A stretch of DNA of 64,000 nt, from the IMG/VR virus record IMGVR_UViG_3300020185_004854, positions 4,544-68,543 of that record; one strand, 5' to 3'. The stretch is from a virus. How positions within the stretch are numbered: the first letter of the stretch is position 1; each line of letters opens with the position of its first letter. Under the pieces are notes generated by a model. It saw only the letters and a list, made by a program, of their open reading frames with translations, did not search any database and had not been told where the DNA came from. Positions 28,774 through 38,825 of the stretch are shown in pieces. A program made the position numbers and the translations under genes.

Positions 28774-30096
28774 TTAAATTACTGTGCAATTGAGAAGATT
28801 TTTAGGCCAATCACTAATAGGAATTTTAGGAAAACTAGTTTCTGTCCGCCAAACTTCAGATAAAAACGGATAAGGTTTACCTTTTAGGGATCGAACTAGA
28901 TAAGCTTCGCCTTGATAGTTAATGCGTTCTAGGAAATGAGCAAAAGCACTATCAATATAGAAAACCTGTTTCGCTCCAAGCACAAGTTTTTTTAATAAAA
29001 ACATATTATTAAATATATTTTCTGACTGTTTTATGTAAATAAGTGGATGTTTGCATTCATGACCCTTTAAATTAACGGAAAGAAGATCAACGGGCTCTTT
29101 ATTTCTAGACCATTCAGCGCTACAAATTGAATAATCTCCAGAAATATTATATATTTTTTTAAGGTGGTCAGCTAGTATGTCTTGCCTTTCGTCGAATTCA
29201 GGTAAACGAAATTTAGTTAAGGATAAGCTGTAGCTAAGTTGCCAAAAATGATAAAAAGATGGCGCAAAATTATGATTAATCATAACCATAGAATTTTCTT
29301 GACCAGAAACCATTGGTCGAAAAGTAGAAAATTGTTTTACAAGATTAAGCATTCCAGTGCGCCAGTGCGGTGTTGAGACAGAGTGAAATTCAACTTTAGG
29401 ATTTTTTTGAAAAGCATAGTCAAGCTGTTCTTTATTATGAGCGTGGCAAGGAACTAAAACTTTGTTGAAATTTTCTGAAAGATGTTGGATTGCGCCAAAA
29501 CAAATAATCATATCTCCGAGACCTAAATGAGGAATAAATATAACACCTTCAGGGGGGGCAGTTATATCTCTAGTAAAATTTGGAATAAAATTTTTACGCA
29601 AAAGGCGATCCCAAAAAGCTGTGATTGAAGGTTTTACGCTCATTAACCAATCTGAGCTAGGTGTAATTTTCGTCAAAGTATTTAAATCAACAAAATCAAA
29701 ACAATCTAAGGAAGTTGAATGGATAGACAAGCCAGCTGAAGGATTTTTTGATAAAAAAACTTCTAAATTTAGAGGTCTCCATTCGGGTGCATGGTCTTGA
29801 CCTTTAGGAAACACTTCTTTTTCCGATCCAAAATGGTCGTAGAGAAATAATTTTTTATCACCTTTATTAATTTCAACCATATTTGGGGCACCTGTTTTAT
29901 TGTGCGCAATAGCTTCGGCCCAGGTGATTCCCAAATCGCCGATTAAAATTTCTCTTCGATCACATGTAGATTTTGGGAACCACAAAATATTTTCATGAAT
30001 ATATTCACTTAAAATAGAGTGATTTAATTCATAACCTTGAAACAAGTTTCCTCGAGCAGGCTTTACCCAAAATTTAACATCTTGTAAAATCTCCAT
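28774..30096 (-). CDS. putative GT-B glycosyltransferase
   Basis: HLGLGDMII ... IDSAFAH; start revised to ATG 30096. Confidence 0.6.
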   Translation of the reverse strand: MEILQDVKFWVKPARGNLFQGYELNHSILSEYIHENILWFPKSTCDRREILIGDLGITWAEAIAHNKTGAPNMVEINKGDKKLFLYDHFGSEKEVFPKGQDHAPEWRPLNLEVFLSKNPSAGLSIHSTSLDCFDFVDLNTLTKITPSSDWLMSVKPSITAFWDRLLRKNFIPNFTRDITAPPEGVIFIPHLGLGDMIICFGAIQHLSENFNKVLVPCHAHNKEQLDYAFQKNPKVEFHSVSTPHWRTGMLNLVKQFSTFRPMVSGQENSMVMINHNFAPSFYHFWQLSYSLSLTKFRLPEFDERQDILADHLKKIYNISGDYSICSAEWSRNKEPVDLLSVNLKGHECKHPLIYIKQSENIFNNMFLLKKLVLGAKQVFYIDSAFAHFLERINYQGEAYLVRSLKGKPYPFLSEVWRTETSFPKIPISDWPKNLLNCTVI

Positions 30097-30097
30097 T

Positions 30098-30292
30098 TTA
30101 ATGAACGGGAGAATATTCGAGTTTTTGGTTTTCCGTATCACTACGCCAATTAAAAACTTCATTAGCATCAGAAGATTCGTTATCCACGACAACGACTTGA
30201 TAATTTAGATCAAGTAATTGTTCAACTACATGCGAGCCAATGAAGCCCGCTCCGCCTGTAACTAGGCATTTTTTAATTTTATTTTTTTTCAT
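30098..30292 (-). pseudogene. truncated NAD-dependent epimerase/dehydratase (N-terminus only)
   Basis: [20 protein letters not shown], then stop at 64 aa; no continuation in the other frames. Confidence 0.75.
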
Positions 30293-30334
30293 ATTTATAG
30301 TCCACTGAAAGATTGATTGTTGAATATTTTTTTT

Positions 30335-31537
30335 TTAAAAATTGATTTTTGAAGAAATTTCATTTCCGATACTAAAGCAAGAAGTGGCGGCTGGCGAAGG
30401 CGCATTGCAGACGTTTACCATAGAACCTTCAGTTTCAATAACAAAATCATCAATTAAATTACCAGAAGAGTCGATTGCTTGAGCTCTTATTCCAGAGGGG
30501 GATGCATCTATATCATTAGACTCAATTGATGGAACAAGTTTTTGGAGAGCTTTCGTAAAAGCTTGCTTGTTAAAAGATCTATACATTTCTCCTAAACCCA
30601 TTTTCCAGTGCTGAGAAGCCATCTTTATGAAGCCTGGATAGAATATAGAATCTAAGGTTTCAATTAAATTAAAATCAAATTTTGAGTAAGATTCTTTACC
30701 GAAAGAAAAAACCGCGTTAGGGCCACACTCTACAGATCCATCCACCCTCCTTGTAAAATGAACACCTAAAAAAGGGAATTTTGGATCAGGGACTGGGTAA
30801 ATTAAATTTTTACATAAATATTCTGATTCTTTTTTTAATTTAAAATATTCACCTTTAAACGGTATAATTTTTAAAGAAGGCTTGAGCCCTGAAAGTTTTG
30901 CGACTTTATCAGAATATAAGCCAGCGCAATTTATAACTTTTTTAGCGACGATTGATTTGCCGCATTTTGACTCGATTAAAATATCATTACCATTTAATTG
31001 CGAAAGTTTTTTAGCTTTAAAATTAAAAATAAAATCATCTTTTTCACAATTTTTAATTAAAGATGTTAATTTTTTACATACAGATGTATAATCGATGATA
31101 CCACACTCCTTCACATGAATAGCTTCAATACCAGCAGCATTTGGCTCTAATTCTAACAATCTCTGTTTTGAAATTAATTCACAATTAACTTTATTGGATA
31201 AACCCCGCGAGTAAAGCTCTTTAAGCTTAGGCACTTCTGATTCACTTGTAGCTACTATAACCTTCCCGCATAGTTCAAAATCAATACCTTGATCATTGCA
31301 AAACCGCTCAAGAATTTTTTTACCAGACCTACAATTTAAAGCTTTCTTGGAACCTGGCTTGTAATAAATGCCAGAATGAATAACTCCAGAATTCCTGCCA
31401 GTTTGATGCAGGCAAAAGGAGTGTTCTTTTTCAACTACAGCTATCGTTTTTGTTGGAAATTTTTGTCGCAAAGAATAGGCTGTCGAGAGACCAACGATTC
31501 CCGCACCTATAACGCATATGTCAAATTCAGTTTTCAT
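30335..31537 (-). CDS. lhgO: L-2-hydroxyglutarate oxidase
   Basis: IGAGIVG, HQTGRNSGVIHSGIYY.PGS.KA, YPVPDP.FPFLGVH, NAPSPAAT. Confidence 0.93.
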   Translation of the reverse strand: MKTEFDICVIGAGIVGLSTAYSLRQKFPTKTIAVVEKEHSFCLHQTGRNSGVIHSGIYYKPGSKKALNCRSGKKILERFCNDQGIDFELCGKVIVATSESEVPKLKELYSRGLSNKVNCELISKQRLLELEPNAAGIEAIHVKECGIIDYTSVCKKLTSLIKNCEKDDFIFNFKAKKLSQLNGNDILIESKCGKSIVAKKVINCAGLYSDKVAKLSGLKPSLKIIPFKGEYFKLKKESEYLCKNLIYPVPDPKFPFLGVHFTRRVDGSVECGPNAVFSFGKESYSKFDFNLIETLDSIFYPGFIKMASQHWKMGLGEMYRSFNKQAFTKALQKLVPSIESNDIDASPSGIRAQAIDSSGNLIDDFVIETEGSMVNVCNAPSPAATSCFSIGNEISSKINF

Positions 31538-31572
31538 ATTTTACAAACGATGTTATTATAATAATATATTAT

Positions 31573-31782
31573 TTATTCTAAGAGATCTTCGTCAGATTCA
31601 AACTCTATATTACCCTCATTAGATAATTCTATAATTTTTTCTTGTAAGGCTCCTATCATAGTAATAGTATTGATATCATACTCATCAATGTATCTATAAA
31701 TTAAATTCTCAAGATCCATGCGGAACGAATCAGTTTGCTCATCATAATCTTTTGGTCCTGAAAAATAAAATTCGTCTTCCAT
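31573..31782 (-). CDS. acidic hypothetical protein
   Basis: 69 aa ORF with GTGTA motif upstream. Confidence 0.6.
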   Translation of the reverse strand: MEDEFYFSGPKDYDEQTDSFRMDLENLIYRYIDEYDINTITMIGALQEKIIELSNEGNIEFESDEDLLE

Positions 31783-31804
31783 AATGATATTATTACACTT
31801 TAAA

Positions 31805-32644
31805 TCAAGATTGTTTTAATAAAAAATCTTTAACACTCATAAAATTTAAATCAAAATATTTTTTAAGTTTTGAAGTGTCAGATTTTGTATAGGACTGATA
31901 TTGATCTTTAAGGTTTTCTGGCATGGGGATATAGTTTATATCTGCGTTATATTTTTTTGAAATTAAATCCCCTACTTCTTGAAAAGAAATAGGCGCGCCA
32001 GTTCCAACGTTAAAGATTCCAGAAACATTTTGACTTAGCATTGATAAGTGTACGAGGCAGATATCTTTCACGCACACGAAATCTCGGAAATAATTATCAC
32101 TATTTTTAAAAAGTTTAATAATTTTAGAGGACTTAGCTTGTTGAGTAAACTTTGTCACGGGGGAAGCTTGATCACCTTTTAATTCTTCATTGTTCCCGTA
32201 AACATTGAAATAGCGAAACCCTTGAATTAAAACTTTTGAATTACTTTGGGTTTTAGCAACATGTCTATCAAAAAGATATTTACTCCAAGCATAAGCGTTT
32301 AATGGGTAAATTGGTCCATTTTCTGAAAAATTCCCCGTATTACCATAGACACTGGCGGAACTCGCATATTGAAAATTGCAATTTTGAGATTCGCATAAAG
32401 ACATTAGTTTCACGCTGTAATCTAAATTATATTTTAATATTTTATTAACATCTTTTTCCGTAGTACTACTAATAGCACCTAGATGAATAACCCAATCATA
32501 TTTTGAGCAATCTGGATACTTGGGAATTTGAGAGAGATCTTGATCAAAGCCGTCAACTTTAATACCTGAAGAGTGATGTTTTTTTAAAAAAGATATTAAA
32601 TTAGAACCAATAAAACCCTTAGACCCTGTAATTAAAACATTCAT
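31805..32644 (-). CDS. hldD: ADP-L-glycero-D-manno-heptose 6-epimerase-like SDR
   Basis: TGSKGFIG, GAISSTTE, YASSASVYG, YAWSK, FRYFNVYG, RDFVCV. Confidence 0.85.
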   Translation of the reverse strand: MNVLITGSKGFIGSNLISFLKKHHSSGIKVDGFDQDLSQIPKYPDCSKYDWVIHLGAISSTTEKDVNKILKYNLDYSVKLMSLCESQNCNFQYASSASVYGNTGNFSENGPIYPLNAYAWSKYLFDRHVAKTQSNSKVLIQGFRYFNVYGNNEELKGDQASPVTKFTQQAKSSKIIKLFKNSDNYFRDFVCVKDICLVHLSMLSQNVSGIFNVGTGAPISFQEVGDLISKKYNADINYIPMPENLKDQYQSYTKSDTSKLKKYFDLNFMSVKDFLLKQS

Positions 32645-32676
32645 ATTAATATAATAAAATAAAGTTATTACAAATC

Positions 32677-32703
32677 AAAAAAAAGGGGGCTTTCGCCCCC
32701 TTT
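32677..32703 (-). terminator. intrinsic terminator (possibly bidirectional)
   Basis: GGGGGC-GAAA-GCCCCC followed by a T-run on the minus strand. Confidence 0.9.
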
Positions 32704-32729
32704 AATTAATTTACAAGATGAGATTAGTA

Positions 32730-32993
32730 TTACTTACCATTATCGCACTTGCTTTGAGAGCACTCGCTATTTTTAGCTAATAAAGCTACGACAAGAACGA
32801 GGGTAAGAAACGAAGTGAATCCAGTTTCTGGACCAACAAAGCCTCCTACTAAAGCTTGAAGGTTTCCGATAACATCTACAGGAGCAGATAGACCGAATAC
32901 CGCTTGAACAATCACGAGGAGTCCAAGGACGCTGAGTAATGTTGCCGCAATTCCTTTAATGGCGCAGCTAATTGTGTCTAATGTATTTTTCAT
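32730..32993 (-). CDS. small two-helix membrane protein
   Basis: two hydrophobic segments; co-oriented with the porin gene. Confidence 0.7.
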   Translation of the reverse strand: MKNTLDTISCAIKGIAATLLSVLGLLVIVQAVFGLSAPVDVIGNLQALVGGFVGPETGFTSFLTLVLVVALLAKNSECSQSKCDNGK

Positions 32994-33013
32994 GTTTTTA
33001 TTTTAGGGTTAAA

Positions 33014-33664
33014 TTAAAAGCTAAAAGCTAAAGTTGTACCAAATACAAATTCGCGCTCAATGTCATCCGCATCAATAAGGTCAACCGACAGCCCGATATC
33101 TACACCAGCGCCAACTTGACGGACAAGCTCTGACCCAACACTGTAATAGGTACGACTATCAGATTCAGTCACATCAGTATTTCCGATTAAGCCGCGCAAA
33201 CCTAAGTTAGCGAAAGAAAAATCAAGAGAATGAGACAGAGAGCCTTCAAGAGTATATAGGTCATCACTCGTATCTTTATAGGCAGAAACGCTAGGGTTAC
33301 CTAAGACTCCAACTGATAAGCTGACTTGAACCTCAGATAAAGCTTCACCAGCAACATCTTCGAAATGATTGAACCCGCCATAGATAGAAAGTAAACCTTC
33401 AGCTACACTAGTCCCAAGACCAGCAGCAAAACGATAACTATCTACACCTTCGTCGATAGATTGATTGGTGCAAGCGTGAAGCTTGGCATCTAGCCCAAGA
33501 AGAGCAGTTTCCAGATCAACTGCAGATTGAACAGATTCAAGAGCTTTTTGGTCACCTCTATAGAAAAAATCGGAAGCATATCCAATCTTAGCTGAGTTCC
33601 CCGCTAGCGCGGCGTTAGTTAAGAGCCCGAAGGCTATCAGTAATGATTTTATATTTATTTTCAT
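33014..33664 (-). CDS. outer-membrane beta-barrel (TorF/Gcw_chp-like putative porin)
   Basis: signal peptide ending ALA, GYASDFFYRG motif, amphipathic strands, C-terminal Phe. Confidence 0.75.
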   Translation of the reverse strand: MKINIKSLLIAFGLLTNAALAGNSAKIGYASDFFYRGDQKALESVQSAVDLETALLGLDAKLHACTNQSIDEGVDSYRFAAGLGTSVAEGLLSIYGGFNHFEDVAGEALSEVQVSLSVGVLGNPSVSAYKDTSDDLYTLEGSLSHSLDFSFANLGLRGLIGNTDVTESDSRTYYSVGSELVRQVGAGVDIGLSVDLIDADDIEREFVFGTTLAFSF

Positions 33665-33691
33665 ATATATTTTATTTGTTAAATGTTTAAA

Positions 33692-34282
33692 TTATTTTAT
33701 TCTTATTTCTTTCCATGAAACTTTATTGTTTTTGATTTGATCTCTAATTCTTCTTTGGTTTTGATTTAATTGACTGTTTCCGCTTTTAATTTCTATAATA
33801 GTCACTTCTTCTTCTCCGAATGAAATGTAATCTATAGGCTTCCCTAGGAAAGTGCATTGTTCTGGATTGAATTCAAATTGATCTAAGAAAGGAGCTAGGG
33901 TTTCAGCTATAGTTCCTAATCTAACTTCGCTACTCTTTTTTTGAGATAAAACTTTTTTTCTTCCTTCGGTTTCTTCTAGAAGTTTAAATTCTAGATCACT
34001 AATGTCTGATAATAATTTTTTTTCTTTAAGATTTAATTCTTTTTTTCTTTCTTCTAAAAAAATTTGCTCTCTATCGAAAGAGGACTGTAAATTTTCTATA
34101 GTTTTATTTAATAATAACTCTCTTGAATTAAATTCTTTTTTTTGATTGGTTAATTGATCTTCTAGGAAACTTTTTTGATCCTCAAAAGATTTTGCGTTAA
34201 ATGATTTTTGTTTTAATAGGTAAGTTGTATATAACAGACATATAATACACGCTAAAAGCGAAATTTCTAGTAAGAATGACAA
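33692..34282 (-). CDS. membrane-anchored Holliday junction resolvase-like endonuclease (Endonuc_Holl type)
   Basis: TM helix, coiled coil, G.IAE.LAPF..FLG.PIDYI.F..EIKSG. Confidence 0.8.
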   Translation of the reverse strand: MSFLLEISLLACIICLLYTTYLLKQKSFNAKSFEDQKSFLEDQLTNQKKEFNSRELLLNKTIENLQSSFDREQIFLEERKKELNLKEKKLLSDISDLEFKLLEETEGRKKVLSQKKSSEVRLGTIAETLAPFLDQFEFNPEQCTFLGKPIDYISFGEEEVTIIEIKSGNSQLNQNQRRIRDQIKNNKVSWKEIRIK

Positions 34283-34284
34283 AA

Positions 34285-34956
34285 TTATTTAGAATCTCTA
34301 ATATGTATTTTGCTAACGTCATCCCAAACTGTTACTGGTTGCCAAGAAGCTAAAGCATCGCCTATGAATAGTTGGACTCCTGAAGATACAATATCTGAGA
34401 TTAAAGATCTTGTTGATTCGCTGCTTTCATCTCTTTTAAAATGAGCGTGAAACTCAACATATAAAGAATTTATTTTCTTAATTTCACCCGTGGATATAAG
34501 TCGTCTTAAAACGCGATACTCAGAACCTTCCACATCCAATTTACATATAATTAAATCATTATCATTAAACCTAGATATGAAATTACTAAAATCAAAAGCT
34601 TGAACTTTAATTTGGGTTAAATATCCACCATGCTGCATTTCACCAGCAACAGATGAACCCCAACCATCTCTGTCCGACTTACCATCTGAAGGTGAGCCGC
34701 TTCGAGATATTTTAAAATGTTCTTGGTTGAAATTTAAAAAAGTATCTTCGTCCCAAACAGCTTTTTCATGAAAATTAACTAGAATATTTTCGAGAAGTTT
34801 CGAATTTTTAACACGGTTAAATGTGCCGCAAGCTGAGTTTGGCTCAAACATATAAACTTCAAAATCTTTTGAAACAATACCATCGTTCACAAATTGTGAA
34901 ATTCCTTCTAGTTGATGCGCCCCACAATCGATGAAAATTTTTCTATAATTGTTCAT
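34285..34956 (-). CDS. FkbM-family methyltransferase
   Basis: FIDCGAH, FEPN, KLDVEGSEY, VEFH. Confidence 0.88.
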   Translation of the reverse strand: MNNYRKIFIDCGAHQLEGISQFVNDGIVSKDFEVYMFEPNSACGTFNRVKNSKLLENILVNFHEKAVWDEDTFLNFNQEHFKISRSGSPSDGKSDRDGWGSSVAGEMQHGGYLTQIKVQAFDFSNFISRFNDNDLIICKLDVEGSEYRVLRRLISTGEIKKINSLYVEFHAHFKRDESSESTRSLISDIVSSGVQLFIGDALASWQPVTVWDDVSKIHIRDSK

Positions 34957-35186
34957 TTTTTTGTAATGGATACAATTCTGTCATGACGAAAAGATCGAAC
35001 TGCTTTCCTTCCGTAACAGTAAGCCTTAAAGCCTATATTATTTCGCTTTGAGTTTTTATTGCCGAAGGAATTGTATAGATTTATCGAACCAACTTTATAA
35101 GTTTTAACCTCTTTACTCCCATTGCGGTAAATAATATAATACTTGGGGCGAAAAAAATCTAAAATTTTATTTTTAAAATTATTCAC
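34953..35186 (-). CDS. stand-alone WYL-like domain
   Basis: AYC..RKAVRSFRHDRI. Confidence 0.65.
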   Translation of the reverse strand: MNNFKNKILDFFRPKYYIIYRNGSKEVKTYKVGSINLYNSFGNKNSKRNNIGFKAYCYGRKAVRSFRHDRIVSITKK

Positions 35187-36295
35187 AATCTAAATTGATA
35201 TTATTTTTCTCGCAGTAAGCTACTGAGTAGCCAGCTTTAAAATTAAAACGAGCAATAAAGAATGCTAACCCGAAGATTGCGTAAGGCTCAACGCATTGGA
35301 ACCCCATTTTATAAAAACTCAAAAAAGAAATTAAAATAAAAGGCATGAATTTATTTAAGGCGAAATTTAAAACAATCATAATTTAATAAGAGGTTATATA
35401 GTTTTTTGTCAGGTCAGGATTGAGAAGTCCTTTTCCAGAAGGGCTAAGAAAATCAGAACTAGCAGTTACATTTGGGAATTCATCTAATAAAGGATTTAGG
35501 TAATCGCTGAAAACAAAATTTAAATTTTCTTTAACAGATAGTAAAACTTCATAAGAAAAAACAGAGTGCTGTTTATGAAAACCGCAATTAAAACTAGGAG
35601 AAACTAGAAATTTTGAATCGAGGAGTTTTAAATGAACATTATGCAATGTTTTTTTTGAAGTTGATGAGAACACAAGGTTGTATTGAGTGATGAAGTCTTT
35701 CATTATTTTTTCCAAGAAGGTTTGTACGAATTAGGAAAAATGTCTTCAAAGTTTTTAGCGAAATCGCTAGTAACTTTTCTGGGACAATCTCCTTTTCCAT
35801 GAGAGGTTGATTTGTTGAAAATAGAATCTGTATTGCAAGATCCGCCCTGCTTACGCTGATGTTTTTTAAAATTGTCAATAGCTGAGTTGACTTTACTTTG
35901 CTCTGTCATGATTACAATATATTAAAATTAGTACAAAAAGTCAAGACTTATCTACCGTAAATAGAATTTAATATTGATTTTGATTTTTCTCTTAAAGATT
36001 TTCGAGCCAAATCTGCTTCAAGTTTTTCCTCATCTTCTTTAATTTGCTGCTCGCTAACCAATTGAATTTTTTCTTCATGCTCTTGCTCCACTTCGTCTAC
36101 ACCCTCAGCTATAACTAGAAAGGTTATTTTATGATCGTCATCGGATGCGATAAGCTCTTTTGAGTAGTTTACCAAATCAACAAATTGAGACTCTTCCATT
36201 GATTGGTAAGACTTCCACGTGGGAATCTTATCCATTAATGAATTACTAGTAATTAAGGCGAAATCTATTTGTTTTTTACTCATTGTTTTTTCCAA
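35179..36295 (-). other. four small hypothetical CDS (35179-35379, 35383-~35703, 35703-35909, 35948-~36283)
   Basis: co-oriented ORFs; promoter TTGACT(35944-35939)-17-TATATT, with -10 ending 7 nt before ATG 35909. Confidence 0.6.
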
Positions 36296-36762
36296 TTAAT
36301 CACATCGGGCAGCTCAAGCAGTTCTAAAGAATTAACTTGAGTAATTTCATCAAAATTGTTTTCTCTTTGGAAAATTTTATATTTTGCTTCCCAGGGATTA
36401 GCAACAATAGACGCTGAGAAATTAATTTTAGAATGAACAAAATCAATTAAATTTTTACGAGGAACAAAAAGATAACGATCAACGAACTCAAAAACAATAA
36501 AATCTGAAGCCCCGTAAAGCCAACCAGGATCTCCTTTGAAATTTTTTATTTCAACCCAAACCCATTTGTTGTTTTTGCGCCCAGAGCTAGGTTTGAAACA
36601 TAAGGATCTTGAACTCGGAGAGGAGTCATTGGAATTTTTACCTAATAGAAAGATGTCGATAAAATTTAGATACTGATTTTTTGTTGGGCATTTTGTCTTG
36701 AAATTTTTTAACGCAGCCAATTCTTTAAAGTTTTCTAAAGACTTTTTGTAATAATTATTCAC
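36280..36762 (-). CDS. paralog of the nuclease-like protein at 18670-19122
   Basis: WVEIKNFKGDPGWLYGASDFIVFE. Confidence 0.65.
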   Translation of the reverse strand: MNNYYKKSLENFKELAALKNFKTKCPTKNQYLNFIDIFLLGKNSNDSSPSSRSLCFKPSSGRKNNKWVWVEIKNFKGDPGWLYGASDFIVFEFVDRYLFVPRKNLIDFVHSKINFSASIVANPWEAKYKIFQRENNFDEITQVNSLELLELPDVINWKKQ

Positions 36763-36944
36763 TACAGATAAGTAGAAGGCTTTGAGGTTCTAACTAGGGT
36801 GAATTTATTTATAGAGTTTTTATCCCAAACAGAAAGAGATGATTGCATTTTTTTAATAACTGACGACGCAATAGACTTATCTAGGTAAACATTCGGCTCT
36901 GCCCTCCTGCCGTTCCTCAAAATCAGATAATAAGAATTACTCAC
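36762..36944 (-). CDS. hypothetical protein
   Basis: 60 aa ORF in operon. Confidence 0.55.
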   Translation of the reverse strand: MSNSYYLILRNGRRAEPNVYLDKSIASSVIKKMQSSLSVWDKNSINKFTLVRTSKPSTYL

Positions 36945-36950
36945 AAAAAC

Positions 36951-37328
36951 TTAAAAAGGAGTTTCGTCTTCAGCAATATCACCACTTGAGGCATCAGCTT
37001 CTTTAACTTTTGCTTTTTCAGGTTTTGAAACTTTAGTTTCAGAACTAGAATTACCACTGTTATTCAAAGATAACCCATCAGATACAGAAGGAGAAAAATA
37101 AATTATCACATCAGGGGCGTTGGGATTTTCACTTTTTCTTTTATTGGAGAAACCAACGATATTAACAAATCCATCTTCATCAGCGATTTTAGATATATTA
37201 ATTCTGCCAGAAAAGTAATTTTGAGTTTTGCCCGATTTTTTCCATAGAGCTCCAAGTTCGCGCTCTTTCCATTCGTTGTTTGACTCTTGACCTTTGTTTG
37301 ATTCTTGATTTGTATTTGATTCTTCCAT
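36951..37328 (-). CDS. DUF736-like putative single-stranded DNA-binding protein
   Basis: ELGALWKK..YFSG..N..K...APD; acidic tail ending DETPF like SSB. Confidence 0.7.
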   Translation of the reverse strand: MEESNTNQESNKGQESNNEWKERELGALWKKSGKTQNYFSGRINISKIADEDGFVNIVGFSNKRKSENPNAPDVIIYFSPSVSDGLSLNNSGNSSSETKVSKPEKAKVKEADASSGDIAEDETPF

Positions 37329-37383
37329 GGTTTTTTTTGTTTTAATTTGTTAATTAATTAGTGATATAATAAAGGATAAAAAA

Positions 37384-37548
37384 CTATTTTCCATTAAACT
37401 TTTCTTTTAATTCGAGAATAATTTTAATTTTATCTTCTTTACTTAAAGAGGCATATGATTTTTTAAATCTGCGCAAAAGTCTTTTTTGCTCAGGGTGACC
37501 TTCGTACCCCATGATATTTTTAATTTCTTTTAATTTTGATTTATTCAT
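37384..37548 (-). CDS. basic hypothetical protein, 54 aa (not in ORF track)
   Basis: MNKSKLKEIKNIMGY...KFNGK*; start overlaps the guaC stop. Confidence 0.6.
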   Translation of the reverse strand: MNKSKLKEIKNIMGYEGHPEQKRLLRRFKKSYASLSKEDKIKIILELKEKFNGK

Positions 37549-38516
37549 GTTTTAATATATTCTGTATTATAAAGTGAGGTTAATGCATTTCCACCAGAAT
37601 AACTAATTGAGCTCTGTAAATCCTGAGTGACTTCACGTAACTTTTCTTCGATAGTCATATTATTACAAGGGATATTGGTGAGCTTTCCCTCTATGTTGTT
37701 TTTGTGTCCCTTACTCTCTGCACTGGCAGAGCCAAAATAAGCTTTATAAAAAGTATTATGAACACTACTGTGGACAGCAGGGCTGTCAACGCACGCGGCA
37801 AAGAGCCCCCCTGCCATAACCATTTTCGACCCAGCAACAATAGCTTTTGCAATATCTCCGTTGTGCTTTACACCTCCGTCAGCAATGATTGGGATTTCTT
37901 CCCCGTTTCCATTAAATTCTCCAGAGTATAACCCAGAACAGTTCTGAACACAAGTGAACATAGGAACTGTGAATCCTGTTTTACTTTTTGTTGTGCATGG
38001 AGACCCTTGACCTATTCCAACTTTCACTATGTCAGCACCCCAAGAAGCTAAAGCTTTGACAGCTTCAGGAGTCGCTACGTTGCCAGCGATAATTTTTGTG
38101 TTAGGTAAGTTTTCTTTTATAAATGCTATCATTCTTTTCATTTTTATTGAATGACCATGCGCTATATCTATCGTTAGGAAATCTAATCTTAATTTATTAG
38201 TTCTTAATTTATTTATAATTGTTTTGTCTTTATCTTGAACCCCCACGCTAAAAGATATTGTTTTCCAATTTTGAAGGTTAGCTTGTTCTATTTGTGCATA
38301 TATGTCATTGTTGAACCTATGCATGATATAAAAGTAATCATTTTCACTCATCCAGCTTGATAAGTCTAGGTTTATAACCGATTTCATGTTAGCGGGAATG
38401 ATTGGTAGTAAAAACTTTTTACCAAATAAATCTAAAGAAGGGTCGCAATCCAATCTACTATTAACTTCGCTATACGTAGGCATTAAAGCCACGTCAGAAT
38501 ATTTTAAATATTTCAT
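37545..38516 (-). CDS. guaC: GMP reductase
   Basis: PANM, TIDIAHGH, IAGNV, KVGIGQGSPCTT, IIADGG, YFGSAS, LQSSISY.GG. Confidence 0.92.
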   Translation of the reverse strand: MKYLKYSDVALMPTYSEVNSRLDCDPSLDLFGKKFLLPIIPANMKSVINLDLSSWMSENDYFYIMHRFNNDIYAQIEQANLQNWKTISFSVGVQDKDKTIINKLRTNKLRLDFLTIDIAHGHSIKMKRMIAFIKENLPNTKIIAGNVATPEAVKALASWGADIVKVGIGQGSPCTTKSKTGFTVPMFTCVQNCSGLYSGEFNGNGEEIPIIADGGVKHNGDIAKAIVAGSKMVMAGGLFAACVDSPAVHSSVHNTFYKAYFGSASAESKGHKNNIEGKLTNIPCNNMTIEEKLREVTQDLQSSISYSGGNALTSLYNTEYIKT

Positions 38517-38791
38517 AAATAATTTTTTATATCAGAGCATAAGTTTGATACCAACTCTCCACTGACCCTAACTTTATATTTATTTCTAATAACGTGGTAA
38601 AAATTATTATTTTGAACGAGAATCAGTATGTCACATTTGTTATACATACTTTCACCATGCTTTTCTATAAAAAGAGTTTCTAAAGAGTTTATGATATAAT
38701 CTTGAGTCTGATCGAAACCGAATTGAAAATTATAATTATCAGTTTTATCTATAAGGATCATGACATATAGTACGAGTAAAAGCCGTAACAA
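38513..38791 (-). CDS. hypothetical protein
   Basis: ORF coupled to guaC; start uncertain. Confidence 0.5.
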   Translation of the reverse strand: MLRLLLVLYVMILIDKTDNYNFQFGFDQTQDYIINSLETLFIEKHGESMYNKCDILILVQNNNFYHVIRNKYKVRVSGELVSNLCSDIKNYL

Positions 38792-38825
38792 AAAGTTAAA
38801 TAAATAAACAACTCTAAAATTTCCA

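Noticed and set aside
30096-30192. Programmed frameshift fusing the epimerase stub to the GT
   Set aside because: The frames overlap, but there is no canonical slippery heptamer or stimulatory structure, and the GT has its own ATG right after the stop.
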